Part shown: positions 1-8,919 of the stretch, one piece after another
How positions within the stretch are numbered: position 1 is the stretch's first letter
Layout: each line of letters starts with the position of its first letter
Assembly: GCA_038868055.1 (NCBI GenBank)
Contig: JAWBXD010000001.1
Span: 10,425-74,424, forward strand
Direction of reading: 5' to 3'
DNA from: Candidatus Bathyarchaeia archaeon
Lineage (GTDB): Archaea; Thermoproteota; Bathyarchaeia; Bathyarchaeales; Bathycorpusculaceae
DNA: 64,000 bases
Notes under the pieces: model-generated
Databases searched by the model: none
What the model saw: the letters and a program-made list of their open reading frames with translations, nothing else
What the model was told of the DNA's origin: nothing
Program-made: the position numbers and the translations under genes

Positions 1-1069
1 GTTCTTCGACAAGACCAGCAGTGCCCAAGTCTTGAGGTGTTAAGTCGTCTAGGTCTGTGACTATTCTTCCACCTGTGGCTCTGGCAAGTTTCTCCATGTC
101 TGACTGTTTCACTCTTCTGGCAGCTAGTATGTCTTCCTTCGCCAAGAAGTGTTGCGCCATGTCATCTATGCCTTTCTGGCAGAACACTACGTTGGCGCCT
201 GCAGTCTTGATTTTGTCAACCATCTCTTTCAACATTTTCGTTTCTTGGTCTAGGAAAGCCTTCATCTGGGACGGGTCACGGATGCGTATTTCTGCGCTGA
301 ACTCTGTCTTCTCAATTTCTAGTGGGCAATCCAGCAAGGCAATCTTTGCGTTTTCAATTTTCTTCGGCATGCCTGGGTGAACAACTTCCTTGTCGATGAT
401 TACGCCTTTCACAAGTTGAGATTCAAAGAGGCCTTTGCCCGTTTTCTTTATAACTTGGATGTTGTCTATGTCGGCGATTCTTCTGTCTCCTCTTTGTTCA
501 ACTATCTGTTTTACAGCGTCTATGGCTATTTCCGCTAAATGTTCTTTGGCAGGGCCTACGGCTTTGCTTGCCATAGACGTGAGCGCCACTTTGCGGAGAG
601 TTTCCCGATCGTTGATGTCAACTGGTTTGGCTATGCGATTTATTACTTCGATGGCTTTTTGGGCGGCTTTTCGGTAGCCGCTGACAATTATTGTTGGATG
701 TATGTTCTGGTCTAGGAGCTCTTCGGCTTTTCTTAGAAGTTCGCTTGCCAAGACAACGGCTGTTGTTGTTCCGTCGCCGACCATGTCGTCTTGGGTTTTA
801 GCCACTTCCACCATCATTTTGGCAGCCGGGTGCTCCACCTCTATCTCGTCAAGGATGGCGGCTCCGTCGTTGGTTATTGTTATGTCGCCCAAACTGTCAA
901 TGAGCATCTTGTCCATTCCACGGGGTCCAAGTGTTGTTTTTAGGACTTCGCCTATGATGCGGGCTGCCATGATGTTGTTTCTTTGGGCTTCTCTTCCACG
1001 GCTCCTGGCTGTTCCTTCTTTCAATATTAGGACGGGTTGTCCAGAGGCTGTTGTTGTCAAGTAAGCCAT
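1..1069 (-). CDS. ths: Thermosome (group II chaperonin) subunit, N-terminal ~356 codons; C-terminus lies outside the window
   Basis: Manual reverse translation from the ATG at 1069-1067 gives [108 protein letters not shown]... This is colinear with the complete paralog at 17969-19618. It is absent from the ORF track because its stop is off-window. Confidence 0.9.
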   Translation of the reverse strand, partial: MAYLTTTASGQPVLILKEGTARSRGREAQRNNIMAARIIGEVLKTTLGPRGMDKMLIDSLGDITITNDGAAILDEIEVEHPAAKMMVEVAKTQDDMVGDGTTTAVVLASELLRKAEELLDQNIHPTIIVSGYRKAAQKAIEVINRIAKPVDINDRETLRKVALTSMASKAVGPAKEHLAEIAIDAVKQIVEQRGDRRIADIDNIQVIKKTGKGLFESQLVKGVIIDKEVVHPGMPKKIENAKIALLDCPLEIEKTEFSAEIRIRDPSQMKAFLDQETKMLKEMVDKIKTAGANVVFCQKGIDDMAQHFLAKEDILAARRVKQSDMEKLARATGGRIVTDLDDLTPQDLGTAGLVEE

Positions 1070-1155
1070 ATCATCCTTCCTCCATGAATGTTAAAAGGCT
1101 TATGCGTGGTTAAGCAAAAATGCGGTAACATATAAACTTTTACCCGTTTCTAATG

Positions 1156-1716
1156 TCAACCTAATGTCAAGTGTTCAAAGAGAATTTTGGTTCCTATGGC
1201 TATTAGGATCAGCCCGCCCAAAACTCCAACCTTGTTTATGCGCAGCTGTTGTAGTCTATCTCCGAGAAGACCGCCTATCAGCGAGAGAGTAAAGGTTACT
1301 ATGCCAATCACCATTATTGGGATGGCTATTTGCACTTTTAGGAAGGCGAAGCTTAAGCCAACAGCTAAGGCGTCTATGCTTGTGGCTATTGAAAGAAACA
1401 GAAGCAAGCAAGCGGTTAATGGCTTTGCCTTTTCAGGAGGTTCTTCTTTGATTGTTTCATAGATCATCTTGCATCCTATCAAAAGTAGGAGGCCAAACGC
1501 GATCCAGTGGTCGAGTTCTGCTATAAAATCCAGCATTTTTTTGCCAGCTACCCATCCTAACACTGGCATGAACGTTTGGAAGGCTCCGAAGGATGAAGCC
1601 ATTTTCAAGGCTTCGCTTTTGTTTTCTCCTTTTGTGCATATTCCGTAGGCTATGGAGACGCTGAAGGCGTCCATTGCAAGGCTGACGGCTATTGCAAGGA
1701 TGGTTCCTGCATCCAC
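1156..1716 (-). CDS. mntP: MntP-family (DUF204) putative manganese efflux pump
   Basis: 186 aa, about 6 TM segments. Duplicated half-domains begin AMDAFSVSIAYG and SIDALAVGLSF, typical of MntP. Confidence 0.75.
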   Translation of the reverse strand: MDAGTILAIAVSLAMDAFSVSIAYGICTKGENKSEALKMASSFGAFQTFMPVLGWVAGKKMLDFIAELDHWIAFGLLLLIGCKMIYETIKEEPPEKAKPLTACLLLFLSIATSIDALAVGLSFAFLKVQIAIPIMVIGIVTFTLSLIGGLLGDRLQQLRINKVGVLGGLILIAIGTKILFEHLTLG

Positions 1717-1802
1717 ATGTAGCCCTTTCCAATTTGCAGAAGGCTTTCCATTCAGAACGGTTTAAATCTTGCTGTACTCTCGTTATTTTTGGTGAAGCTG
1801 GC

Positions 1803-2096
1803 TTGCAAGTTTCAGTGCGCTTCTTTACCATGTTGCGAGAAATCACTGGCAAAAGGGAGGAAACCGTTGAGTTTCCAGACGGCGAATATGTAACCTTAGC
1901 TAAAGTTTTGGAGAAGCTCACCGAAAAGTATGGGAAAGGCTTTGCAGACTATGTTTATGATAGCAAGACTGGCGATGTTAAGGGTTTCCTTCAGTTCCTA
2001 ATTAATGGGCGGAGTGCCTCAACCCTTAAAGGGCTTGAAACCGAACTAGCTGACGGCGACATATTGGCAATCATACCGCCAGTGGGGGGTGGCTGA
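1803..2096 (+). CDS. MoaD/ThiS-family ubiquitin-like small protein (SAMP-like), C-terminal Gly-Gly-Gly
   Basis: QVSVRFFTMLREITGKREE...ADGDILAIIPPVGGG* shows the beta-grasp MoaD pattern ending in GG. The start is set at an in-frame TTG at 1803, 5 nt after GGTGA. The ORF-track start at 1692 would overlap mntP. Confidence 0.75.
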   Translation: MQVSVRFFTMLREITGKREETVEFPDGEYVTLAKVLEKLTEKYGKGFADYVYDSKTGDVKGFLQFLINGRSASTLKGLETELADGDILAIIPPVGGG

Positions 2097-2227
2097 AAAT
2101 GGCTTCCGTTGGAAATCCATTTTCACTAGCCCCTCTCCCTATAGTTTTTGGCTTGTGAAGAAGCCAATAGCCCTCTAGCCTCTATAGATTTTTAGGCTTG
2201 TTTCGCCATATCTTGTTTGAGTTTGTT

Positions 2228-3343
2228 ATGGGGAGATGCCAAGTCTGTGGTGAAGTTTCGCCTTTAGTTTCTGGTAAGCTTGGCGTTTGCCTAAACTGTA
2301 TTAGACAGAAGCCCGAGCAAGCCCTGGAAGTTACGAGAATCGTTCATGCTAAAAGTCGGGGTGTTTATGGTTTGCCTCCAGAGCCGCCCAGAGGCGAGGG
2401 AGGTTTACCTTGCGGTGTTTGCGCTAACAACTGTGTTATTGGAGTTGGCGGTAGCGGTTATTGTGGGCTTGTGTGGAATTTGGGCGGGCGGCTTGTGCGT
2501 TTCGGCGGCACTGTGGAGCAAGGCGTTTTAGAATGGTATTATGATGGGCTGCCAACCAACTGTGTTAGCTGGTGGTTTTGCCCAGGCTGCACTGGAAAAG
2601 GCTATCCAAAATACGCCTACAAACCCGAACCAGAATACGGCTACTATAATCTAGCAGTTTTTTACGGTGCATGCAGCTACGACTGCCTTTTTTGCCAGAA
2701 CTGGCATTACCGCAACCTTTCAGTTAAACATAAGCCAGTTATGAGTGCTGAAGTGTTAGCCCAAAAAGCCTTCGACCAAAAAGTTTCATGTATATGCTAT
2801 TTTGGAGGCGACCCCTCACCGCAGATGCCTCATTCACTGGAAACAAGTCGCATAGCCCTAGAAAAAGCTGAGGAGGAAAAGCGTATACTTCGGGTTTGCT
2901 GGGAAACCAACGGCTACATGAACCCACAACTGGCGGAAAAAGCCGCAGAGCTAGCCCTAAAAAGCGGAGGAAACATAAAATTCGATTTGAAAGCTTGGAG
3001 CGAACCATTAGCTACCGCCTTGTGCGGGGTCTCCAACAAACCAACCCTAGAAAACTTTCGGCGGATAGGCGAAAAATACTACGCGAAACGCCCAGAACTG
3101 CCAGTCTTGACGGCGAGCACTCTGCTTGTGCCCGGCTATGTGGATGCTGAGGAAGTGGAAAACATTGCAAAGTTCATAAGCCAAATAAGCCCAGAAATCC
3201 CCTACACGCTATTGGCGTTTTACCCATGCTACGTCATGAATGATTTACCAACAACGAGCAGAAAACAAGCACTAGACTGCCAAAAAGCAGCGGGGAAACA
3301 TCTAAAACGGGTACGCCTAGGCAACGTACACCTCCTTTCATGA
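2228..3343 (+). CDS. Radical SAM protein related to pyruvate formate-lyase activase, with an N-terminal Cys-rich region
   Basis: CX3CX2C motif CSYDCLFCQNW. N-terminal CQVCGE...CLNC and CGVCANNC clusters. ATG at 2228 lies about 35-45 nt downstream of the TATA-like tatagattttta (2183-2194). Confidence 0.8.
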   Translation: MGRCQVCGEVSPLVSGKLGVCLNCIRQKPEQALEVTRIVHAKSRGVYGLPPEPPRGEGGLPCGVCANNCVIGVGGSGYCGLVWNLGGRLVRFGGTVEQGVLEWYYDGLPTNCVSWWFCPGCTGKGYPKYAYKPEPEYGYYNLAVFYGACSYDCLFCQNWHYRNLSVKHKPVMSAEVLAQKAFDQKVSCICYFGGDPSPQMPHSLETSRIALEKAEEEKRILRVCWETNGYMNPQLAEKAAELALKSGGNIKFDLKAWSEPLATALCGVSNKPTLENFRRIGEKYYAKRPELPVLTASTLLVPGYVDAEEVENIAKFISQISPEIPYTLLAFYPCYVMNDLPTTSRKQALDCQKAAGKHLKRVRLGNVHLLS

Positions 3344-3390
3344 CAAAGCTTTTATCTAAAACGCTCAAATGTTTGAAAAGGTGTTAGTTG

Positions 3391-3579
3391 ATGAAGTGGT
3401 ACTGGATAGTCCTCACAGTAATATTCATTATTTTGGGGATAGTGACGCTGATGCCAGCCAGTGCAAGCAAACCGTCCTTGCTGGGCTACTACGCACATTG
3501 CACTTTTGCGCCAATCAGCACAATAATATGCTGGGTTCTAGCCGCCATGTTCTGCTGGATTGGCAAGAAAAGGGCTTAA
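3391..3579 (+). CDS. Small membrane protein (2 TM), unknown function
   Basis: MKWYWIVLTVIFIILGIVTL... Two hydrophobic helices. AGGTG lies 8 nt upstream of the ATG at 3391. Confidence 0.5.
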   Translation: MKWYWIVLTVIFIILGIVTLMPASASKPSLLGYYAHCTFAPISTIICWVLAAMFCWIGKKRA

Positions 3580-3656
3580 AACTACAACACAATAATACCT
3601 GTACGCTAAGTTCACTTACTATAAAACCTCCACACAATGTGTAAATGCAAAAAGGG

Positions 3657-5438
3657 TTAGGCTGTCCAGAAAGGAATTTTCTTTCGCATTAGGTTGACGT
3701 ACTCGTTTAGGGCTTCTTGTTCGTCCGGCGTGAGCCTGTCTATAAAATCCTTCAGCAGTGCTTTGGCGTGTTGTTCTGGCACCTTAACGTATAGGACGTC
3801 GTTTTCGAATATGTGTCTGCCCACCATGGGTTTGTCGAGGCTTATAGCTACTTGCATGCCTTGCTTGGCTTCTGGCAGTGCTTTGCCTTTCTCTTGGATT
3901 TGCTGGATTTCGCCAACGTCTTCTCCGTCCTCAGCTCGCATTAAACTGTATTTTGGCTTGATTCTGCCGGCTAAAACTTCTACGCCAACTATTGCTGGCT
4001 TGGCTCTTCTAAACACGTAGCCCTCCAAGATGCGGATTTTCCCGGGTTTAACCAATTTTTCAAATTCGGCGGTGAGCTTGGCTTCTCGTTGAGCTTTAAG
4101 CCAAGAAACATAGTTGTCTATCAAATGGTAGATTATTTTCTCTCTGAAAATTTGGACACCAGTGTTTTTAGCCTCTTCCTCGGCATCTGGCAAAACCTTA
4201 ACGTTAAAGGCTAAAATCGCTCCATAGAGAGGCTCATGCTCTTTTACTATAGCGGCTTCTGTAACGTCTCTCTTGGAAACATCGCCAATGTCCGCCAAAC
4301 GAATGGGCACGCCTTGACGTTTCAGGTTTTCGGCTATAGCCTCTAAAGAGCCAAGAGTATCCGCCTTCAAGACAACGCCGTCGACATCCGTTGCAATTCT
4401 AATTTTCTCAATCTCCTCGGAGACAAGCCTCATATACTTATCAATGTTTTCGCCTTCTGGAACAACATATATGGGTGCACCAGCCAAGGCACCTTCCAAC
4501 TCCGGCGCCACAATTTTCACTCCAGCCGCCGCCGAGACAGAATCCACGGAGGAAAACTTGTCCCGGGGGTCTCGAATCTCATCCAACGGTTTTGGAATGA
4601 GGATGGCTCTAACCCGTGTTGTTATGGGCTTTTCTTTTCCACCAACCACAATTAAATCATCCTTCCTTAAAGTTCCATCATAAATAATCGTGTTAAGTGT
4701 TAAACCAAGCCCAGGCTCTTCCTTAACCTCTAAAACAGTGCCTTTTGCTGGGCCCTCCGTTGTCTGCAGCCTTTTCTTCAAGTACTGTTGTGTTAAGCCC
4801 ACTAGAACGGCGAGAAGTTCAACTATGCCTTCGCCTGTTTTCGCGCTGGTTGGCACAATAGCCACTGTTCGCGTGAAATCTTTTATGCGGTCAAAACGGT
4901 CAGCCCTAAACCCCAAACGAGAAAAAGTGCCAATAATCTCGTATAGCCGGTTGTCCAAATCCTCCTGCACATACTTGTCCTGCAGTTGATAGCTCTTCAA
5001 GAAAGGTGTGTCCGGATAAGACTTCCAGCCAGGAATCCTATCAATTTTGTTGGCAGCCACCAAAAACGGCGTCTTACGAGCCTTTAAAATCTCAATACAC
5101 TCGTAAGTTTGAGCCTCAAAACCGCGCAACACATCAATCACGAGAACGGCGATGTCAGCTACGCTGCCGCCCCGCCTCCGCAAGTTGGTGAAAGCCTCAT
5201 GCCCCGGCGTATCGATGACAAGCAGACCTGGAATTTCAATTTCGCCCTTAAAAGCTGACAGGAGCGGACCAATCATCTGCTTCAATGTCTCGACGGGGAA
5301 GAAGCTTGCACCAATATGTTGCGTCATGCCACCAGCCTCACGCGCTTGAACGCTGGTCTTGCGAATCTTGTCCAAAAGCAAAGTCTTCCCAGTGTCCACA
5401 TGTCCGAGAACACACACAATCGGTTGTCTAATAGACAT
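3657..5438 (-). CDS. infB: Translation initiation factor aIF5B (IF2-type GTPase)
   Basis: G1 motif VLGHVDTGKT, DTPGH and NKID. About 593 aa from the ATG at 5438, which is preceded by GGAGGAG at 8 nt. The upstream 39 codons of the ORF-track call look like a non-coding extension. Confidence 0.95.
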   Translation of the reverse strand: MSIRQPIVCVLGHVDTGKTLLLDKIRKTSVQAREAGGMTQHIGASFFPVETLKQMIGPLLSAFKGEIEIPGLLVIDTPGHEAFTNLRRRGGSVADIAVLVIDVLRGFEAQTYECIEILKARKTPFLVAANKIDRIPGWKSYPDTPFLKSYQLQDKYVQEDLDNRLYEIIGTFSRLGFRADRFDRIKDFTRTVAIVPTSAKTGEGIVELLAVLVGLTQQYLKKRLQTTEGPAKGTVLEVKEEPGLGLTLNTIIYDGTLRKDDLIVVGGKEKPITTRVRAILIPKPLDEIRDPRDKFSSVDSVSAAAGVKIVAPELEGALAGAPIYVVPEGENIDKYMRLVSEEIEKIRIATDVDGVVLKADTLGSLEAIAENLKRQGVPIRLADIGDVSKRDVTEAAIVKEHEPLYGAILAFNVKVLPDAEEEAKNTGVQIFREKIIYHLIDNYVSWLKAQREAKLTAEFEKLVKPGKIRILEGYVFRRAKPAIVGVEVLAGRIKPKYSLMRAEDGEDVGEIQQIQEKGKALPEAKQGMQVAISLDKPMVGRHIFENDVLYVKVPEQHAKALLKDFIDRLTPDEQEALNEYVNLMRKKIPFWTA

Positions 5439-5532
5439 TTTTCGGTCTCCTCCGTGTGGGCTGCGAACAGCAAAGACTCCAAACCTAATAAGTTTACGCT
5501 TAAATAAATGCTGTATTATATGGAAGGGGATG

Positions 5533-5730
5533 TTACTCGGCTTTTGCAATAACAAGGAACAATCCGGCGATGAGCATTACAACGCTAAGGAACCCGAAGA
5601 GTCCAGTGTAAATGCTTAATGCTTGGACGCTTGTCAACGTGAAGTATAGGGCTAAAGCTCCAACTATTATGAGGATTAATCCAAAGAATTTTTCCGCGAC
5701 TGTTATCCCAAATCCTCCTTCCTCGCTCAT
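5533..5730 (-). CDS. Small membrane protein (2 TM), unknown function
   Basis: MSEEGGFGITVAEKFFGLILIIVGALALYF...LIAGLFLVIAKAE. The start is moved to the internal ATG at 5730 to avoid overlap with top6A. Confidence 0.5.
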   Translation of the reverse strand: MSEEGGFGITVAEKFFGLILIIVGALALYFTLTSVQALSIYTGLFGFLSVVMLIAGLFLVIAKAE

Positions 5731-5797
5731 GATGTTTCGCCTTGACGCTTGACGTGTGCTATATAACATGACGGCGGATATTTTAAAGTGTTTCCGT

Positions 5798-6889
5798 CTA
5801 TCTTGTTTCCTCAAGTTTTGCTGGCAAATACTCGTCTACAATGTATGTTAGCCCGTAACGGCTGAAAGCCTCTTGTTCGGCTTTACGTTTAATCTTCATG
5901 AAAGTTTTTATCTCCCTCTGCCAAAGCGGGTCCTCCTTGTATCTGGGGTCTTTCTGCAGTTCATACAGCCTTTTCATGTCAATTTCGTCAAGCGGATCCG
6001 TGGGCAGCTTGTACTTGACAATGTCCGTTGCCCATACACCGCTCCATTTGGCGTCCGGCGTCGTTAAGTCTCTGAGGTGGGCAGCGTTTGCCGAACCAGA
6101 GATTATGACCATTGCTATATGCATTCCCCAAGGGTCGCCGTCGGTGAAGATGTAGACCGGTAAGCCTAGCTCTCGGTTTAACCGCCTAATAAAGTGACGG
6201 GTCGCCCTTGGCGCTTGCCCCGCTGTCAAGACCAGTATAGCGTTAAACTTTTTGTGCACGTTTTCCTCAATGAACCGCGTGAACAAGCCGCCTTTTTCGA
6301 TGGCTATAACTTTGTCGGCTGTTGTCTCCACAAATTCGGCTGAGGTAAGGGCTGGTCCAATCATGACGCCGTCGGGGTGCGACGTTAGATTCAATGTTTT
6401 TCCTTCATATCCGGGCACCGTGTAGCGTATTGTTAAGTCGCCGAAGACAGCTGAGCGTTCTTCTGGAAAGATGTTGAAGTCTTCCCTTGAAAAGCCGAGA
6501 ATGGTTTCCAGGTCTGTTATGATGTTGTTTGATTCTTGTTGGTCTTTGAAGGTCATTTCGTAGGCTTGAGCCGAATAATAGACGTCTCTAAGCGTTGATG
6601 TTTTGCGTTGGGATGTAAGCTCATAGGAGAAGAGGGCTGCCCAAACAAGTTGGGCGAAAGGCTTTAAGTGGCGAATGTTGCGGGTGCTCCGCCTAACCTT
6701 TTTGTCGCCCAAAATAAACTGGCGGAACTTTGGGTCGTAATAAATGTTTTCAGTGGAGCGGCTTGGCATCTCAATAAATGGGAAAATTCCTTTTTCCATC
6801 TGTTCATATATGCGAAGCCCAAAATTTTCAAGGGTGGCTAAAACCTCTTTTCGTTTCTCGGTTACGCTTTTAAATTCCTTCGGCTCCAA
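5798..6889 (-). CDS. top6A: DNA topoisomerase VI subunit A (Spo11 homolog)
   Basis: 363 aa. Toprim region YIFTDGDPWGMHI. Overlaps and is co-oriented with top6B. Confidence 0.93.
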   Translation of the reverse strand: MEPKEFKSVTEKRKEVLATLENFGLRIYEQMEKGIFPFIEMPSRSTENIYYDPKFRQFILGDKKVRRSTRNIRHLKPFAQLVWAALFSYELTSQRKTSTLRDVYYSAQAYEMTFKDQQESNNIITDLETILGFSREDFNIFPEERSAVFGDLTIRYTVPGYEGKTLNLTSHPDGVMIGPALTSAEFVETTADKVIAIEKGGLFTRFIEENVHKKFNAILVLTAGQAPRATRHFIRRLNRELGLPVYIFTDGDPWGMHIAMVIISGSANAAHLRDLTTPDAKWSGVWATDIVKYKLPTDPLDEIDMKRLYELQKDPRYKEDPLWQREIKTFMKIKRKAEQEAFSRYGLTYIVDEYLPAKLEETR

Positions 6890-8399
6890 ACTTTTTCACA
6901 CTCCTCAAAAGCTTCTCAATATCTGGAGGCTTCTCTTTTCCAGCCAGACGTGTTGAAAACTCGGCTATTCTTGGCAAGTACTTGCTGAACACCCCGAGGC
7001 GTTTGCGTTCCCTGTCAACATGTTCCCTCCGCGACAGGAACCGTTGAAGTTGTCTTGCCACCTCCCTTAGTCCGTTGGCTATTTCCCGCCTGACCTCTGG
7101 TCTGTCTGCGATGAACTCTTTTCCAACAGTTTTGTATGGTACTTTTGTGCTGCAAATGTGCACAACTATGGCTATTGGCATGTCGGGTGTAACCTTGTAG
7201 CGGCGCCAGTTCATGGCGTTTATAACTTTCACCGACACATCGCTTGCCTCGTCATAAAGTAGCGGTATTCGGTTTGCGAATCGGTAAATCACAAACCCGC
7301 CACGCTGAGGGATTTCACCGCCATAAGCTATTGCCACCTCAACAATGAAGGGGTGCCCCGCATAAGTGGCTGGTTTTCGCTGGTGAACCGCCACAAACTC
7401 GGGCTTCAACTCCTTCAAAACGCCTGTTTTAAGCAGTTCTTCTCCAAGTGGCGATAAGCAACTCGCATCCGGCGGCAAAAACTCCTTAAACTTTTTCAGC
7501 ATCTGTGTTAGTCTAACGACTTCCTCATGGGAAAGCTTCTTCGGGTTTTTGGACGGGCTTATTCCGCTGAACTCGAGGAATTTTCTGGCGGTTATTTCGC
7601 CGACACGGTGAAAGTGATTCTTCAAAAATTCAAGCATGCTATTGTACGGCGTAACCTGTATAAGACGTTGAAGAAGCTCCACATCAACACCGTAGGGGTG
7701 GGGAAGCGTCTCTTTTGGCGGGTCGGGCATGACTGTGGTTGCCCTTACAAACTTGTAAAGCCGACCCTTCGGATCTACAAATGTTATGTTGGCATAGGGG
7801 TTCACCATGGCTGTTTGCTTAAAATATTCCAAAATTTTCGGCATAGCCCTCAAATAGTCGCCTTCAAGGCTGAATTCGACAACGGTGCCACGCCAACCCT
7901 CCTTGTTTAGGAGCACCTTACGGTCAAGGATTATTGGGCGGTTTCGTTGAATGTCAATCATAAGCTTGTACGTGTAAATCTTGGAAGAGGGGCTTGTGCT
8001 CGAAATTATGGTGGCAGGCTGGTGGGTCGTTATCTGCCCATACAAAATAGCCATCTTTCCGCCTAAGCCGAAGGTGCCTCTCTGTTGTTTCAGCTTATAT
8101 TTAGAGCTGTAAAGCACCTGTCCAAAGGCTGACGGAATGTACCGAGGTGGAACACCGCAGCCGTTGTCTTCAACTCTAAGCTTATAGATTTGGGTTTCCT
8201 CGCTGGCTTCCCCCTCAAAGGAAAGCCGCACATAAATGTCCGGCGGCACCTTGACGCTTTCAGCAGCGTCCAGCGAATTCTCCACAAGCTCTCTTATGGC
8301 GGCGAAAATCGCCCTAGTCGGGTTTGTGAACCCAGCTATGTCACGGTTTCTGTAGAAAAAGTCTGAAGCGCTTATTTCTTCGAAAGTCGCCTGTGCCAC
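6870..8399 (-). CDS. top6B: DNA topoisomerase VI subunit B (GHKL ATPase)
   Basis: Bergerat-fold motifs RELVENSLDA, DNGCGV and GTFGLGG. 509 aa. 20-nt overlap with top6A. Confidence 0.93.
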   Translation of the reverse strand: MAQATFEEISASDFFYRNRDIAGFTNPTRAIFAAIRELVENSLDAAESVKVPPDIYVRLSFEGEASEETQIYKLRVEDNGCGVPPRYIPSAFGQVLYSSKYKLKQQRGTFGLGGKMAILYGQITTHQPATIISSTSPSSKIYTYKLMIDIQRNRPIILDRKVLLNKEGWRGTVVEFSLEGDYLRAMPKILEYFKQTAMVNPYANITFVDPKGRLYKFVRATTVMPDPPKETLPHPYGVDVELLQRLIQVTPYNSMLEFLKNHFHRVGEITARKFLEFSGISPSKNPKKLSHEEVVRLTQMLKKFKEFLPPDASCLSPLGEELLKTGVLKELKPEFVAVHQRKPATYAGHPFIVEVAIAYGGEIPQRGGFVIYRFANRIPLLYDEASDVSVKVINAMNWRRYKVTPDMPIAIVVHICSTKVPYKTVGKEFIADRPEVRREIANGLREVARQLQRFLSRREHVDRERKRLGVFSKYLPRIAEFSTRLAGKEKPPDIEKLLRSVKKFGAEGI

Positions 8400-8490
8400 C
8401 TAAGCCTCCACCAACTTCCTCTGTGAAGTTCACTCTAACGTATGCGCGGCGCGCACATTAATTTAACTATGCAGTTTGGCTAGGCCCTGT

Positions 8491-8919
8491 TCATTTTTTG
8501 AATGAATTTGGCAAAAGCTCCTTCAGCCTATTTACTTTGACTGTTTCAAAGAGAATTTTGCCGTCTTCAACTTTTGCCGTGACAATTTTAATTTCGGGGC
8601 TTTCTGCAAAATCTGAAATATACTGAAGACATGCTCCGCAAGGCTTTATCTCGCTTTTATTTTCTGCGTCTACAACTACAGCTATTTCCTTGATTCTCCT
8701 GTTTCCATGCAAGACTGCATGGTTTATGGCGCATCTTTCAGCACATGTGCCAAGCCCGGAAATCCAGCTTTCCACGTTACATCCTCCATAAATTTTTCCA
8801 TCCTCGGCGAGAACTGCGGCGCCGACGCTGAAGCCCCACAACACATAGGCATTCTTTAAGGCTTCAGCCGCCTCCGTTAAAAGTCTCTCCTCCCGTTTTC
8901 CAAGCTTCCTGTCCATCAC
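8491..8919 (-). CDS. cdd: Cytidine deaminase
   Basis: Zinc-site motifs CAERCAI and PCGACLQ in a 142-aa protein. 4-nt overlap with the ABCE1 stop. Confidence 0.85.
   Translation of the reverse strand: MMDRKLGKREERLLTEAAEALKNAYVLWGFSVGAAVLAEDGKIYGGCNVESWISGLGTCAERCAINHAVLHGNRRIKEIAVVVDAENKSEIKPCGACLQYISDFAESPEIKIVTAKVEDGKILFETVKVNRLKELLPNSFKK

Noticed and set aside
57-1064. Three + strand ORFs (57-380, 435-677, 702-1064) in the ORF track
   Set aside because: They are antisense shadows of the minus-strand thermosome gene. They have low-complexity S/A/L-rich translations and closely parallel the shadow ORF 18540-19259 opposite the second thermosome.
1457-1921. 154-aa minus-strand ORF spanning the mntP start and the MoaD-like gene
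   Set aside because: It overlaps two better-supported genes on both strands, has a basic low-complexity translation and shows no motif.
2097-2197. Two small hairpins (AATGG...CCATT, GGCTT-GTGAAG-AAGCC) and a loose direct repeat (TAGCCCCTCTCCCTATAG / TAGCCCTCTAGCCTCTATAG) between the MoaD-like and radical SAM genes
   Set aside because: The stems are short and the repeat is imperfect. They are compatible with ordinary terminator/promoter sequence and too weak to call.
8437-8460. GC-rich mini-hairpin UGCGC-GGC-GCGCA between cdd and top6B
   Set aside because: Only 5 bp with a 3-nt loop, and no adjacent U-tract. It is likely a chance GC palindrome, and no function can be supported.
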